Part shown: positions 37,315 through 52,617 of the stretch, piece after piece | Position numbering within the stretch: position 1 is the stretch's first letter | Layout of the letters: every line of letters begins with the position of its first letter | Origin: the human T2T-CHM13v2.0 reference genome, Homo sapiens | Direction: 5' to 3' (one strand) | Assembly: GCF_009914755.1 (NCBI RefSeq) | Contig: NC_060947.1 | Length of the DNA: 64,000 nucleotides | Translations under genes and position numbers: made by a program | The notes under the pieces: generated by a model | The model's database searches: none | What the model was told of the DNA's origin: nothing | Seen by the model: only the letters and a program-made list of their open reading frames with translations

Positions 37315-38160
37315 CATAATTTCAAAATTTTTTTTTTCTGAATAATACTAAATTCTAAAGCTTAAAACTATGAGGTTATGGGGAAATATTAGCAATGAGG
37401 TTCACATATAATTTAAATCTTAGTAATATAGATCTCTCCAAGTGAACCAATTTGTAAAAGCTCCATTCTAACCCACTTTACTTTTATTATGTATAATAGA
37501 TTTAAATTTTAGATTACAATAATCAGAATTGTTCTTTCTGCCAGTTGATGTAAATCTGATATCAAGGCTAACTTTTTCAAATGTCAGAGATGAATAAAAT
37601 ATAAGTATTGAGATATTTACTAAAGTACAGGCATTCTCAGGCAATAGAGTCTGATTAATAATTTAAAAAACTCTTCTAGTTTTTAACTAAGTTATTGAAA
37701 ATATTTTTAATATACAGGTGGGAATTCTAAGATATGATCCCAGCTCTACCATTAACAATGAGTATGATTTTAAGCCAATCACTAACCTTGCTGTTGGGCC
37801 TTAGTTCTTGTTTTCTTTCATTCACTTTAAAAATATTTCCAAAATATCGAAAAAGTTCATGAAATAGTAGATTCCTATGTGCATTAACATTTTGGTTTTA
37901 ATTCATATCTAAAATAGCATTATTCGTGTTACAAGAATTTACTTAAATTGTATTATACAATGATTTTATTCCATAACTTCCTTTCCTCATTCAACCTTGT
38001 AAGATTATATCGAGATCTAGATATCTAGTTCATTCTCTTTAAATTACTGTATGATGTTGCAACACAGAAATAGACTCAGTTTTATTTATCCATTCTATTT
38101 TTGGAATTTAGATTTTTCTTAACTTCTCCCTATTATAGAAAATGGTGCAATGAACATTTT

Positions 38161-38165
<5 letters not shown>

Positions 38166-38193
<28 letters not shown>
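38166..38193. repeat. (GT)n microsatellite
   Basis: About 14 GT units. Confidence 0.95.
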
Positions 38194-38196
<3 letters not shown>

Positions 38197-38309
38197 GAGA
38201 GAGAAAGAGATTGATCTATATATATACCATTGTCTACACATGTAGGGGCTGCTTTGTGTATAAATTTGGAAGTGAAAGTACTAGGTTACATACATTTCAT
38301 ATACTGTGA

Positions 38310-38930
38310 TTTATTCAACAATCTTCAAAAATTTTGAACATCTACTTTATGCCAGATATTTTACGTGATAGGGAGGCACCAATGATGCCCTCATTAAGCT
38401 TAAATTCTAGTGTGTACACGAGAAGGGAGGGCAAATAAATTTTTTAAGAAGTATATGGTATATTAGAAAGCGATATATACAGTAGAGAAAAATAAAGCAG
38501 GGAAGGTAGACAACAGGAGGCATGGTAGGTATACTGTTGATGCAATTTTAAGTAGGATGGTCAGGAAAAACCTCACTATAAAAATGACTTAAAGACCTAA
38601 AGGAGGTAAGATAGTAAGCAACGAGTATGTCTAGAGAAAGAACATTTAAGGGAGAAGAAACTACAAGTGGAATGGCTTTCAGGCAGAAATATACTTGGTG
38701 TGTTTGACAAATAACAACAAATCCAGGTGCCTGAGTAGACTGATGAGCAATAACATGTCAGGACAGATCAAGGTAAGGCAGGCCATGTAGAACTTTATGG
38801 ACCTTTGGAAACAATCTGGCTTTTACTGAGGAAAATGTTGAACCACTTGAAAGTTTTGAGAGGAATGACATGATCTGACTTGTACTAATAGGATTGCTCT
38901 CGTTGCTATGCTGAGAACAGACTGTAGATG
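38310..38930 (-). mobile_element. L2 fragment
   Basis: ttattcaaca...ggtcaggaaaaacctcact...gacatgatctgactt typical of the L2 3' region. Confidence 0.7.
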
Positions 38931-39080
38931 TTACCAAACTGCTTTTCCAAAGTGGATGTGCCAATTTGAATTCTAATTACTACTCATTAGCAGGGTGTGA
39001 GAATTTGGGCAACTAAGTGTGTTCAGCCAGATCTCTCTCCATTTCTGCTGTAAATTTTGGTTAAGTTTTTATGACTAATG

Positions 39081-39081
<1 letters not shown>

Positions 39082-39130
<49 letters not shown>
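39082..39130. repeat. (TA)n microsatellite
   Basis: About 24 pure TA units. Confidence 0.97.
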
Positions 39131-39133
<3 letters not shown>

Positions 39134-39339
39134 TGTCTCCAGCACCTGGCACAATACCTGAAACAGGAGAAGGTGCTCAGTGAATGTCAGGTGAATGAGC
39201 TGAGAGGCACTTCAGATATCATCATATCCAACTCCTACATTTTACAGTTATGAAAACTGAGGCCCGGGGTAGTCAGTATCTGAGTCAAGGTCCCAAAGTT
39301 AATTAGAAGCAGAGTGATGACTAGAAATCAAAGTAACCA

Positions 39340-42300
39340 AGATAGTGAAACAGAACCTTATAGCAATCACACCCCCTGCAGGAACATCAAATTGAACAAC
39401 TATCCATGCCAAACAAAAACAACAAACAAACAATAACAACAACAAAAACACCTTCACAAGAGCTAAAGAAACCAGGCGAATGGTCACAGTACCTGGTTTT
39501 GGAATAATCACAAGAAAAGATGCAATAAGGAGGGTGGACAGTCTCGCATTGCCTACATTACCCTTTCTGCAACCGTACGCAGCACAGCGTGGAGAGAGAA
39601 TCTGTCTGCTTGGGGGAGGGAGAGGGAAGTGTGCATGGGACTTTGCCTTGGAATCAGTACCAGCCTGCCACAGTAAAACACAGCACCAAGCAGAACCCTA
39701 AGGCCCCTCATTCTAGGCTCGTGCCCAAGGATGGAGCTCCTACATCCGCCACAGGCCAGATGGGAATCTGTGGTCCCAACATGATGAACCCAAGTTGCAG
39801 CCTGCTTCACCAACAGCTGACAAAAGTAGCCTTAGGCTCTGAATAAATTTCAGTGGCAGGAAGGCTATCACAACTGCAGTCCTTGACTGAGCCCTGGTGA
39901 TGCACTGGTCTGGGGCTTTTGGTTTGACACACTGTGACATCAGCTGCAGAGGCCACAGACTATCCATTTCACCCCTCCCCCAACCTCAGGCAGTATAGCA
40001 TGGATAAAGACTCTTTCCACTTGGAGAGAAAAGAAGTGAGTGAGGGACTTTGCCCAGGGAACTCTCCCTGAATTTTCCCAAGTCCATCAGGGCTGGAAGC
40101 CTCAAAGCCCTCAAGAGAGTGGCAGCAAACCTAAGCTTAGGGCACCCTCTAGTGCTGAAACTGCTGCAGTGACCACAAGCTTAGTGAATTCAAAAGTCAG
40201 TCATGTTTATTTGAATTCCTGGAAAGCCTTCTGAAGAAGGATGAGGACATACAAGGCCAGACTGCAAAGACTGGAATAAATACATAATTTTTCAATGCTC
40301 AGACATCGATGCACATTCACAAGAATCAAGAACACTAAGGGCAATATGACCTCACCAAACAGACTAAAATAACAGTGAACAACCCTGGAGAGATGGAGAT
40401 GTGTGTACTCTCAGACAGAAAACCCAAAACAGGTGTTTTGAGTAAGCTTAACAAACTTCACAAAAGCAAAGAGAAGCAATTCAGAAATATATCAGAGAAA
40501 TTTTACAAAGGGATTAAAATAATCAAACAGTAATCCTGGAGCTGAAAAATACAGTGAATGAGATTTAAGAAATGCATTCTTGTCTTATTAGGAGAATTAA
40601 TCAAGCAAAACAAAGGACCAGTGAGCTTAACAACAGTCTATTTGAAAATAAAGGAAAAAAAGAAAAAGCAATGAAAAATGTTCATGAAATCTATGGGATG
40701 GCATCAAAAGGGCAAATGTATGAGTCATTGGCCTTCAAGAGGGAGTAAAGAAAGAGAAAGGGGTAGAAAGCTTATTCAAAGAAAAAATAACAGAAAACAT
40801 TCTAAACCTAGAGAATGACATAAATATCCAAATGCAGGTAGGTCAAAGATTACCAAGCAGATTTAATCCAAGTAAGACCACCTCAGACAAAAATAATCAA
40901 ATTCTCAAAGGTCAAGGACAAAGAGAGGATCCTGTAAGCAGTGAGACAAAAGAAGCAAATAGTATACAAAGGCACTGCGATAGGTTTGCTGGCAGACTTA
41001 GCAAAAACCTTATAGGCCATGAGAAAATGGGATGAAATACTTGAAGTACTGAAGAAAAAATGCCTGCCAATTAAGACTACTGTATCCAGCAAGCCTATCC
41101 TTCAAACATCAAGGTGAGAGAGACTTTCCCAGAAATAGAAAAAAAAGACAATCTTCAAATTCATACAGAAATGCAAAAGACTCTGGATAGTTAAAGCAAT
41201 CATGAGCAAAATGTACCAAGCTGGGGGCATTAATACAACTTAACTTTAAAATACACCACAAAGCTATAGTAACCCAAACAACATGTTACTGGCCTAAAAA
41301 CAAACACACAGACAAATAGAACAGAATAGAATAACCAGAAATAAATCCACATGTTTACACCCAACATGTATTTGACAAAGGCACCAAGAACATACACTGG
41401 GGAAAGAACAGTTTCTTCAATAAATGGTGCTGGGAAAACTAGACAACCATATGTAGAAGAATAAAACAGACCTCTGTCTCTTACCATATAGAAAACTCAA
41501 CTCTAAATGGATTAAAGACATAAATGTAAAAACCTTAAATTATGAAACTAATAAAATAAAACAGGGAAATGCTTCATAAAATTGGATCAGGCAAGGAGTT
41601 TTTGAATAAGATAACAAAAGCACAGGTCTATTCGTGTGATGGTTACACTGAAAGCTCAGACATTGCTGCGATGCAGCATATGCAGGTAACAAAGCTCCAT
41701 CTGTACCCCCAAATATAGTTTTTTAAAAAGCACCTTTGGGAGGCTGAGGTGGGAGAATTGCTTGAGGCTAGGAGTTCAAGACCAGACTGGGCAACATAGT
41801 GAGACCCCCATCTCTACAAAAAAAAAAAATGAAATTGGCTGGGTGTAGTGGCACATTTGTGTAGTCCGAGCTACTTAGGAAGCCAAAGCAGGAGGACTGC
41901 TTGAGCCCAGGAGTTCAAAGTTACAGTGAGCTATAATCACACCATGCACTCCAGCCTAGGTGACAGAGCGAGACCCTGTCTCAAAAACCAAACCAAAAAG
42001 CACAGGCAGCAAAAGTAAAAATAGATAAATTACATCAAATTAAAAAGCTTCTGCACAGGAAAAAACACATAAATACAGTGGAGAAAGTACCTACAGAATG
42101 GGAGAAAGTAGTTGCAAAAGACCTGAATAGACATTTTTCGAAAGACATACAAATGGCCAACAAGTATGTGAAAAAATGCTCAACATCGGTAATCATCAGG
42201 GAAATGTGAGTCAAAACCACAGGGAAATATCACCTCACTCCAGTGAAAATGGCTCTTATCAAAAAGACAAAAAATAACAATTGCTTGTGAGGATATGGAG

Positions 42301-43085
42301 AAAGGAGAATTCTTAGGCACTGTTTGTAAGGATATTAATTCAGTACAGATATAATGGAAAAGAATATGTAGTTTCCTCAAAAAATTAAAAAATAGAACTT
42401 CCATGTGATCCAGCAATCCCCTTCCTGGGTATATATTCAAATAAAATGAAATTAGTATGTCAAAGAGATGTCTGCAATCCCATGTTTATTACAATACTAT
42501 TCACAATAGCCAAAATATGGAATCAACTTGTTTCATCTAAAGATGAAGAAAATGTAGTATATCTACATAATAGAATACACTACTCAGCCATAACACAAAA
42601 TAAAATCCTGTCATTTGCTCAACATGGATAAACCTGCAGGGTATAAGGTTAAGTGAAAGAAACCTGGCACAGAAAGACAAACATTGCATGATCTTACTCA
42701 TCTGTGGAATTCAAAAAAAGTTGATTTCATGGAAGTAGAGAGTAGAATAGTGGTTACCAGGGGCTGGGGATGGAAAAGAGCTGGTAAAAGGAGGGACTAG
42801 CAGAAATTTGTCAATGGGTACAGAGTTAGTTTGGCAGAAAGGATAAGTTCTGGTGTTATACAGTAAGGTAGCTATAACTAATAACACCATAGTGTATATT
42901 TTAAGATAGCTAGAAGAGAAGATTTTGAATGTTATCACCACAAAGTGATAAACATATAAAATTATGGATATGACAATGCTGATTTAATCACTATAGAATG
43001 TATGCATGCACTGACACTGTACTACACACATTTGTATAATTATGTGTCAATTACAAATTAAAAAAAAAAAAAAGCAAAAAAAAAA
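39340..43085 (+). mobile_element. Old L1MA-type element: 5'UTR, ORF1, internal deletion of most of ORF2, 3' end; carries nested short L1 and AluJ
   Basis: ORF1-like sequence to ~41130 joins directly to late-ORF2 sequence (cagaaatagaaaaaa..caatcttcaaattcata); L1MA-type 3'UTR and A-tail at ~43060. Confidence 0.8.
41734..41994 (+). mobile_element. 5'-truncated AluJ-like
   Basis: gcttgagcccaggagttcaa and gagaccctgtctc J diagnostics; TSD aaaaagcac. Confidence 0.88.
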
Positions 43086-43109
43086 TAAATCCAAGTGTCC
43101 TGACTTCAA

Positions 43110-43380
43110 GTTCTTTCAAATGCAGTTGGGTTTTCTAAACTTCACTGATCATAAAATCACCTCAGGATTCCTAAGGTAACCGAATAAAAATCAGAAACTC
43201 TAAGACAGTGCTTCTCAAACTCTGTGCATACAAATCATGTCAGAATCTGGTTAAAATGAAGATTCTGATTCAATATATCTGGAGGTGGGGTTCTGAAATT
43301 CTATATTCCTAATGAGCTTCCAGGTTGTGAGAGTGCTCCTGAATCTTGTCCTACACACTTTGGGGAACAAAGCTCTAGGG
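43110..43380. mobile_element. MER5-like fragments
   Basis: cagtgcttctcaaactctgtgcatacaaatca...gattctgattca. Confidence 0.65.
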
Positions 43381-44245
43381 GAGGGTATAAAAGAATCGTT
43401 AAATATATCCTCAATTTAAGATATACACATATATTCTTTCTTCTTAACTCTAAACCCTGAGTATAAGCCTGTTCTTTCATTATTTACCTTTTTGTGAAAA
43501 GAGCTGTTTGTGGTAAAATGTTGATGGACAGCTGTCGATTTCTTCTTAATCGACTTGGTAAATCATATTTTTTTCCATATTAGCATCCAAAGTAGTAATA
43601 ACAAGTTCTCTTTTCATTTGACTAACCACATGTTAGGTGCTGGGATCAGAGAGAAGAGTGATAATGAAATAAATTTTCTATCTGAATATTTAAATTTTAC
43701 AAAACTTTGTTTCTGACATGTGTCACACACAAACTAATTTCAAATTTTAATTTTCTTCATAGGAGGTCTCTGTCCAGGTTCCAGGTTTAGAAAACATCCT
43801 AGTTTTCTGAAAATTAATTCATCTTGTATTTTCTATTTGGTTCACCTCTGACTCATGCATACACAAAACACCTAAAGAGTAGGGAGGCAACATAAGAATA
43901 TTTGCAATGAGATGAACTAGCTGAGGCATGGGATAATATCTAACACCAACTGGCGTCAGTGAGCCTCTAGTACAATGGCCTTTATCAATAAGTACCACTG
44001 GCAGTCAGACAGAACCAGGATCTAGACTCTAGACATACAACTCAGTACAATTCCCAGAACTTCAAAACAAGCTAGGGAAAACGCCTCCTCAGGAATCTGG
44101 GGGATGAGCAGTAACTTCCTACCATCATTGTGAAGACACACTATGTTTATTTAGCATTCTAGAGATCATTTAGGCTCACAATACCATTATAATTTGAAGT
44201 GAGATAATTTTAAAAAGTTATTCTAAGTAGAGAAGCTATACTTAC

Positions 44246-44353
44246 TTGTGGTGTTATTAGGGTTGTAGAGCTACTCATTTTATCTTCCATTTGTTGTGTT
44301 TGAATATCCAGTGTTTCAAACTGGTGTTTGAATTTGTCCATCAAGGCAGAAGT
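44246..44353 (-). pseudogene. CHMP1B2P: CHMP1B-like exon, 108 nt, open frame
   Basis: tttttacag|ACT TCT GCC...CCA CAA|gtaagt; TSALMDKFKHQFETLDIQTQQMEDKMSSSTTLITPQ versus ISALMDKFEHQFETLDVQTQQMEDTMSSTTTLTTPQ. Confidence 0.95.
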
Positions 44354-44420
44354 CTGTAAAAATAAATGTGGTTATCAGAAAAACTTACACTGAAAAGATG
44401 CTGTCTGAACATAATTCTTT

Positions 44421-44487
44421 TTTTTCAAGGTTCTACTCCTCAATGAAGCACCCACAGACTTAACTATGCCTCACATGGACTTGTTAC
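44421..44487 (-). pseudogene. CHMP1B2P: CHMP1B-like exon, disabled (two 1-bp deletions, stop, donor lost)
   Basis: aaatag|GTA AC-AAG TCC ATG TGA GGC ATA GTT AAG TCT GTG GGT GCT TCA TTG AGG AGT A-G AAC CTT GAA AAA aligns to VTKSMAGVVKSMDATLKTMNLEK. TGA at 44473-44471; an A-run replaces the expected GT donor. Confidence 0.85.
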
Positions 44488-44690
44488 CTATTTGGAGGAT
44501 AAAAACAAACAGTATCCTATGATACAAACAGTCTCAAAGTTTTTGTAGTCTCCTAAATATATTACTTACAAATCAACTTATGAAACTTGTCTACCTTTTC
44601 TTTAACAGAAATATACAATGTTATGTATTTATAGTCTAGGCATTGGCTATCTTATTTCTTTGACTTTTCACTTCATTAAAAGACAAATAA

Positions 44691-45314
44691 TTCAACCATT
44701 GTGGAAGACAGAGTGGTGACTCCTCAAAGACCTAGAGAAGAGAGACAGAAATAGCATTTGACCCAGCAATCTCATTACTGGGTATATACCCAAAGTAATA
44801 TAAATCATTCTACTACAAAGACACATGCACATGTATGTTTATTGCAGTACTATTCACAATAGCAAAGACATGGAATCAACTTAAATGCTCATCAATGATA
44901 GACTGGATAAAGAAAATGTGGTATATATATATACCATAGAATACTACGTAGCCATTAAAAAGAATGAGAATGAGACCATGTTCTTGACAGGGACATAGAT
45001 GGAGCTGGAAGCCATTAAACTTAGCAAACTAATGCAGAAACAGAAAACCAAATACCGTATGTTCCCATTTATAAATGGAAGCAAAATGATGAGAACACAA
45101 GGACACATAGAGGGGAACAATGTGCACTGGGACCTACTGGAGGGTGAAGGGTGGGAGGAGGGAGAGGATCAGGAAAAATAACTAATGGATACTAGGCTTA
45201 ATACCTGGGTGATGTAATAATATGTAAAACAAACCCCCATGACACATATTTACCTATGTAACAAACCTATACATCCTGTACATGTACCCCTGAACTTAAA
45301 ATACAAGTTTTTTA
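44691..45314 (+). mobile_element. 5'-truncated L1PA13-16-like 3' end
   Basis: L1 ORF2 end and 3'UTR (gagaggatcaggaaaaataact...aacaaacccccatgacac); TSD aaaagacaa(a/t)taa at 44678-44690 and 45315-45327. Confidence 0.92.
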
Positions 45315-45459
45315 AAAAGACAATTAAATCTTAGTTCAAAATCCACTGCCAAAATCACTTTCCTCACCAAGTACTTTGAATATGTCGCACCTTTACCAGC
45401 ACCCTGTAGCACCCTGCAACAAATTTTGAGTTCTGATATTTATAGATCTCAAGTCTTAC

Positions 45460-45606
45460 CCTGCCCATTGTTACTGCATTTTGACCTCTGACTGCCACAG
45501 CACCAACTCTAGCACTCATTCTTAAGAAATCAATTGCTTGATTTTTCTGGTGGATTGCATTTTCAGCATGTATTCTTGCAGCTTCCTTATTGCCTTTCTG
45601 AATAGC
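45460..45606 (-). pseudogene. CHMP1B2P: CHMP1B-like exon, 147 nt, open frame
   Basis: aaacag|GCT ATT CAG...ATG GGC AGG|gtaaga; [49 protein letters not shown] versus CHMP1B [49 protein letters not shown]; phase 0/0. Confidence 0.95.
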
Positions 45607-45865
45607 CTGTTTTAAACAGAGCAAAAGCAAATAAAGGCAAAAACAAAGATCAAAAGTAAATATTGGCAAAGACAGAGAGCAAAAGTACACATATTTTAAA
45701 AAGAGGAAAATAACCCCAAATTAACCTATAATCTGTAAGAGCTTATAATTAGCTTTTCAGGAAATAATTATGCACTTAATTATTAGGAGAATATATAGTC
45801 CCATAATTTTTAATCTTATGATTAGAAAATATATATTCATTGATAGTTTAAGAAATTAGAACATA

Positions 45866-46240
<375 letters not shown>

Positions 46241-46669
46241 TTAGCATAGGGCATTCCAAGTACATAAATATATTTATTACTATATAAATATATTACAAAA
46301 GTACATACATAGAGCATACTGTTTTGGAACTTGTTTTTTCATGTAATATATTTTTTAAAAAATGTTTTAAAGTCAAAAATATATAACTACGTCATTATTT
46401 CTAAAGGCTGAACTGTAAGGATGTACCATTAACCAGGGTTTTCATGTGCTACAAACACTACTGATGGTACAGCAAATGATACTACATGTTATATAGATTT
46501 AAGTTTCTTTTCTATGCATTTATTTAAATGTTATATGAAAATAATGTAACTAACATAAATCCATGTTTTTTTCTGGTATAAAAGCTTAGGACAGAGCTAA
46601 AGTTAAGTCAATTTTTAAAAAAAGTAAATAAATAGCTCACATGGTCCTCCAATATGGCAAAACCAAGAA

Positions 46670-46830
46670 GGTAATTAGATTGTTTGTAACTCAAGGGATA
46701 AATGCTTGAGAGGATGGATACCCCATTATCCTTGATGTGCTTATTTCACATTGCATGCCTGTATCAAAACATCTCATGTGCCTCATAGATACATACACCT
46801 ACTATGTACTCACAAAAATAAAAATAAACA
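46670..46830 (+). mobile_element. L1MA1-3-like 3' end fragment within older L1ME remnants
   Basis: gattgtttgtaactcaagggataaatgcttgag...cacctactatgtact. Confidence 0.75.
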
Positions 46831-48946
46831 TTTAAAAGTGACTGAAATTTGACATCGAATATTGGATCTCTGATTATTATATTTTTTTCAATTCTTCAAT
46901 AATATAAAGAGCAATGTGATAACCACACTAGTACATGCAACCCTACACACTTTCCAAGAATCTTCATAAGATAAGTTCCCAGATTCAGAATTACTGGATG
47001 CAGAGGTATGCACAATTTTAATTGTCCCACACCTAATTCTGGTAGGGACTTACATCTCTTCCAGCAGTATAAGAGAGTTTCTGCTTCTCTTGCATAGTCA
47101 TCAATATGAGGTATTATGAGATATATCTGAGAGGTGAAAAGTGGTAGACAGTTGTATTTCTTTGCTTAAAAGTGAAGTTAAAATCTTTATGCTTACCCAT
47201 TTGTACTTCTTCTTTCTTGAGCCATTTGTGTCTTTGTCCATCTTTCTTGGGCTTTTTCTTATTGATTTGCAAGAACATTTCATACGAAAATTACTTTTTG
47301 TTATATATGGCCTTTTCTAGATTGTTGGATGAACTGCTATTTTGTGTATGTCTGATATAAAAATGTCTAATTCTTTTATAGTCAGGTATTTCCTTTATGG
47401 TTTTTTACTATGCTCAAAACATCCATCTGTATCTCAAGGTAATTTTGGCATTTTAATCTTTTAATTACTAAATTTAGCATTTATTTTGGTGAAAAGTATA
47501 ATGTAGTGATCTATAGTTTTCTAATGCCATTTACTGAAGTATTCCCTCTTTTCCTCCTTAAATATACTTAAAATATTTTTGTCTGGTGCCTAATTTTTGT
47601 TATTTTAGCTAGTTTTAAAATTCACATTATAAAACAAATGCATGCACACGGGTACAGTATTCAAGTGGAAAAGAGCATATAGTTAATAATCAGGTGTTCC
47701 TCCTACCCCAGTTGCCCTGTCTCATATCCTAGAGGTAACTGTCTTAATATACATACATTCATTTATTCAAATATTTACTGAGCATCTAGCAAATGCCGGA
47801 CAGTATTCTAGGCATGTGGAATTCAGTAGTGAACCCAAAACACAAAAACCCCTGTTGTTATGGAGCTTATATTCTAGTTAAAGAATCTGACTATAAACCA
47901 GATAATTAAAATAGTATGTTAACTAGTGGCAGGTATCAGGAAGTAAAAATAGAGCAGGGAATGAGGATAGGAAGAGTTAGGATTGCGGTTGTTGAAATTT
48001 TACAGAAGATAGCCCAGAAAGACTTACTGTGAAGGTGACATCTAAGTAAATACCTGAAAGAAAAATGGTTTTCTCTCTGCTGAAGGAAGATAAGAACCTA
48101 GTCATATGGATATTCAGCACAGCAGGAAGAAAAAGAGCAAAAAAGGGGAGCTTATGCAAGCATGTGTCATTTACACAGTAGTACAATGTGTCTGAAGCAG
48201 AGTGAATGAAGAGTAGAAGAGCAGATGGAATCAGATAGATAATAGTCAGATCATATATGGCTTTATAGGCCATTTTAAGACTCTGGCTTTACTTGGAGTA
48301 GGATGAGAACAAGAACAGACAAGTGACATGATCTGGCTTCTGTTTTTAAAATGCTCTCTCTGGCCGCTGTGTTAAGATAATACTTAGGGGACAAGAGTCA
48401 GGAACAGGGAGACAAATTAGAAGTTCACTGTACTAACTGAGGTAAGATATAATGATAGCTTGGGTCACGGTAGGTGCATTAGACATTGGATAAGAAATGA
48501 TTAGATTTTGAATACATTTTAAAGGTAGAAATGGTAAGATTTGCTGATAGATCAGATGTAATATATGAAAAAACAGAGGGCTAAAACATGACTGTACTCT
48601 AATAATGTTTGGTTTTGATTTTGTCTAACAGAATTACCTTTAACTGATTTTAGAAAAACCATATTGGAAAGGATGCCACATAAGGGCTTCAGTTTTAAGT
48701 TTGGTTTACTCCTTGGACATCCAAGTGGAAACATGAAATAAGCAGGTGGATAGAGGAGTCTGGAGTTCAAGGGAAAAGGCTAGGCCAGAGATGTACATTG
48801 GGAAGTCACATTGTGACAAAAGCTAGTGGTAGGTCAACTGACCACTAGACCAAAGTAAAAGCTTCAATTTTAGTGAATGGTGGTGGTATAACCATAAATG
48901 GATTGAGTACAGCAGAGAATGAAAGAAGAGTAATTGGAAAGAATTA

Positions 48947-50831
<1,885 letters not shown>

Positions 50832-50886
50832 AGAAATACAAAGAGAAGGAAGAATAGCAAGAGATTAAAATGGAGTCAGGAGACAG

Positions 50887-51202
<316 letters not shown>

Positions 51203-51235
51203 GTCAGGAGACAGCTTTTAAAGATTTAAGGATGT

Positions 51236-51278
51236 CCCTGTGTACACATACCCTAGCACTTAAAGTATAAAAAAAAAA
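51236..51278 (+). mobile_element. Extremely 5'-truncated L1PA (~33 bp plus poly-A)
   Basis: tgtacacataccctagcacttaaagtat(A)n matches the L1 terminus; 16-bp TSD aaagatttaaggatgt. Confidence 0.85.
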
Positions 51279-51791
51279 AAAGATTTAAGGATGTTTGTAT
51301 GCTGATAGGACTGATTCAGGAGAAAGAGTAAAACTGGTGATGCAGGAGAGAGAACTTCTAGGGCAGTAACATCTGGTAGGAAAGAGGGATGGAACCTAGT
51401 ACACAAAGGGAGGAGTTGGTCGTTGCTAGGAGTATGGACAGTTCATGTATTGTGGGAAGGGAAGGGAGAGTTTCTGGGCAGAGATGCAGGTAAGTATAGT
51501 AGTCAGAGATTTCTCAATGAAATAGAAAGCATGGTCATCAGCTGAAAGTGAGAGTGGGAGAGGAGTCTTTTGAGATTTTAAAAAGAGAAGAAAAAATATA
51601 AAATTGCCATTTAAGAGAGTGGAAGAATAAATGGATTATGGAAATATCACCAAGTCACATGGATTCTCTTCTCTTTTAAATTCAACAACTTCACAAGATG
51701 TAAATAACAATCAAAACATACTCTCTGACCCAGCAATTTTACTTCCAGGAACTCATACTAAGGACACAATCAGATTAACATAAAGATTTAT

Positions 51792-51991
51792 AACTCCATC
51801 TCTACAAAAAAATACGAAAAAAACTTAGTTGGGCATGGTGGTTTGTGCCTGTGGTCCTGCCTATGAGGGAGGCTGGGCTGGGAGGATCACTTCAGCCTAG
51901 GAAGTTGAGGATAGAGTGAGCTGTGATCACACCACTGCACTACAGCCTGGGCTAGAGACCCTGTCTCCAAAAAAAAAAAAAAAAAAAAAAA
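51792..51991 (+). mobile_element. Truncated AluJ/FRAM-like right arm
   Basis: Linker plus right monomer and poly-A. Confidence 0.8.
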
Positions 51992-52206
51992 GATGCTTAT
52001 ACTGAAAACTACAAAACACTAAGAAAAATCTTAACACTACATAGAAGGGAGATTGAAGAAACTGCAATTATGCTTAACAATATGAATGAATCCCACATAT
52101 ATGCTGAGCAAAAGGAAGCCAGACACAAAAGGGTTTATGCCACATAAATCCACTTATGTAAAAGTTCAAAAGACAAAACTAATCTGTGGTGTTTGAAAGT
52201 CAGGAG

Positions 52207-52284
52207 GGAGGTTACTCTCGATGGAGTAGTGCCTGTTAAGGGGGCGGAGGTTACTCTCGATGGAGTAGTGCCTGTTAAGGGGGC
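52207..52284. repeat. Perfect 39-bp tandem duplication within old L1ME-like 3' end
   Basis: ggaggttactctcgatggagtagtgcctgttaagggggc x2. Confidence 0.97.
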
Positions 52285-52617
52285 ATAAGGAGATTTATAT
52301 TCTGATAAGTTCTGTTTTCTCATCTAAATGCTTATATCATTTGTGAAAATTCATCAAGAAGCTGTACTTGTATAATTTCTGCATGTTACTTCAATTAAAT
52401 TTCTACTTTTACAAAATGCAAAAAAAAAATAATGTTCACTTATGGTGGTATTTAAAGTAACAAAAAATAGGTTAGCTATCACTTATATGTCCAATAATAA
52501 AAGGAAAATTAAGTAACATTAATATGATAGAATACTGTTTTATTAATCTAAAAAATCAAGTTCCAAAAAATAGCTAATCACAATATAAATAATAGCAAAG
52601 GGGGTAGGCAGGTCCCT

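Noticed and set aside
44383-44388. GTAAGT as a replacement donor for the damaged exon
   Set aside because: It would leave a 35-nt intron, too short for splicing.
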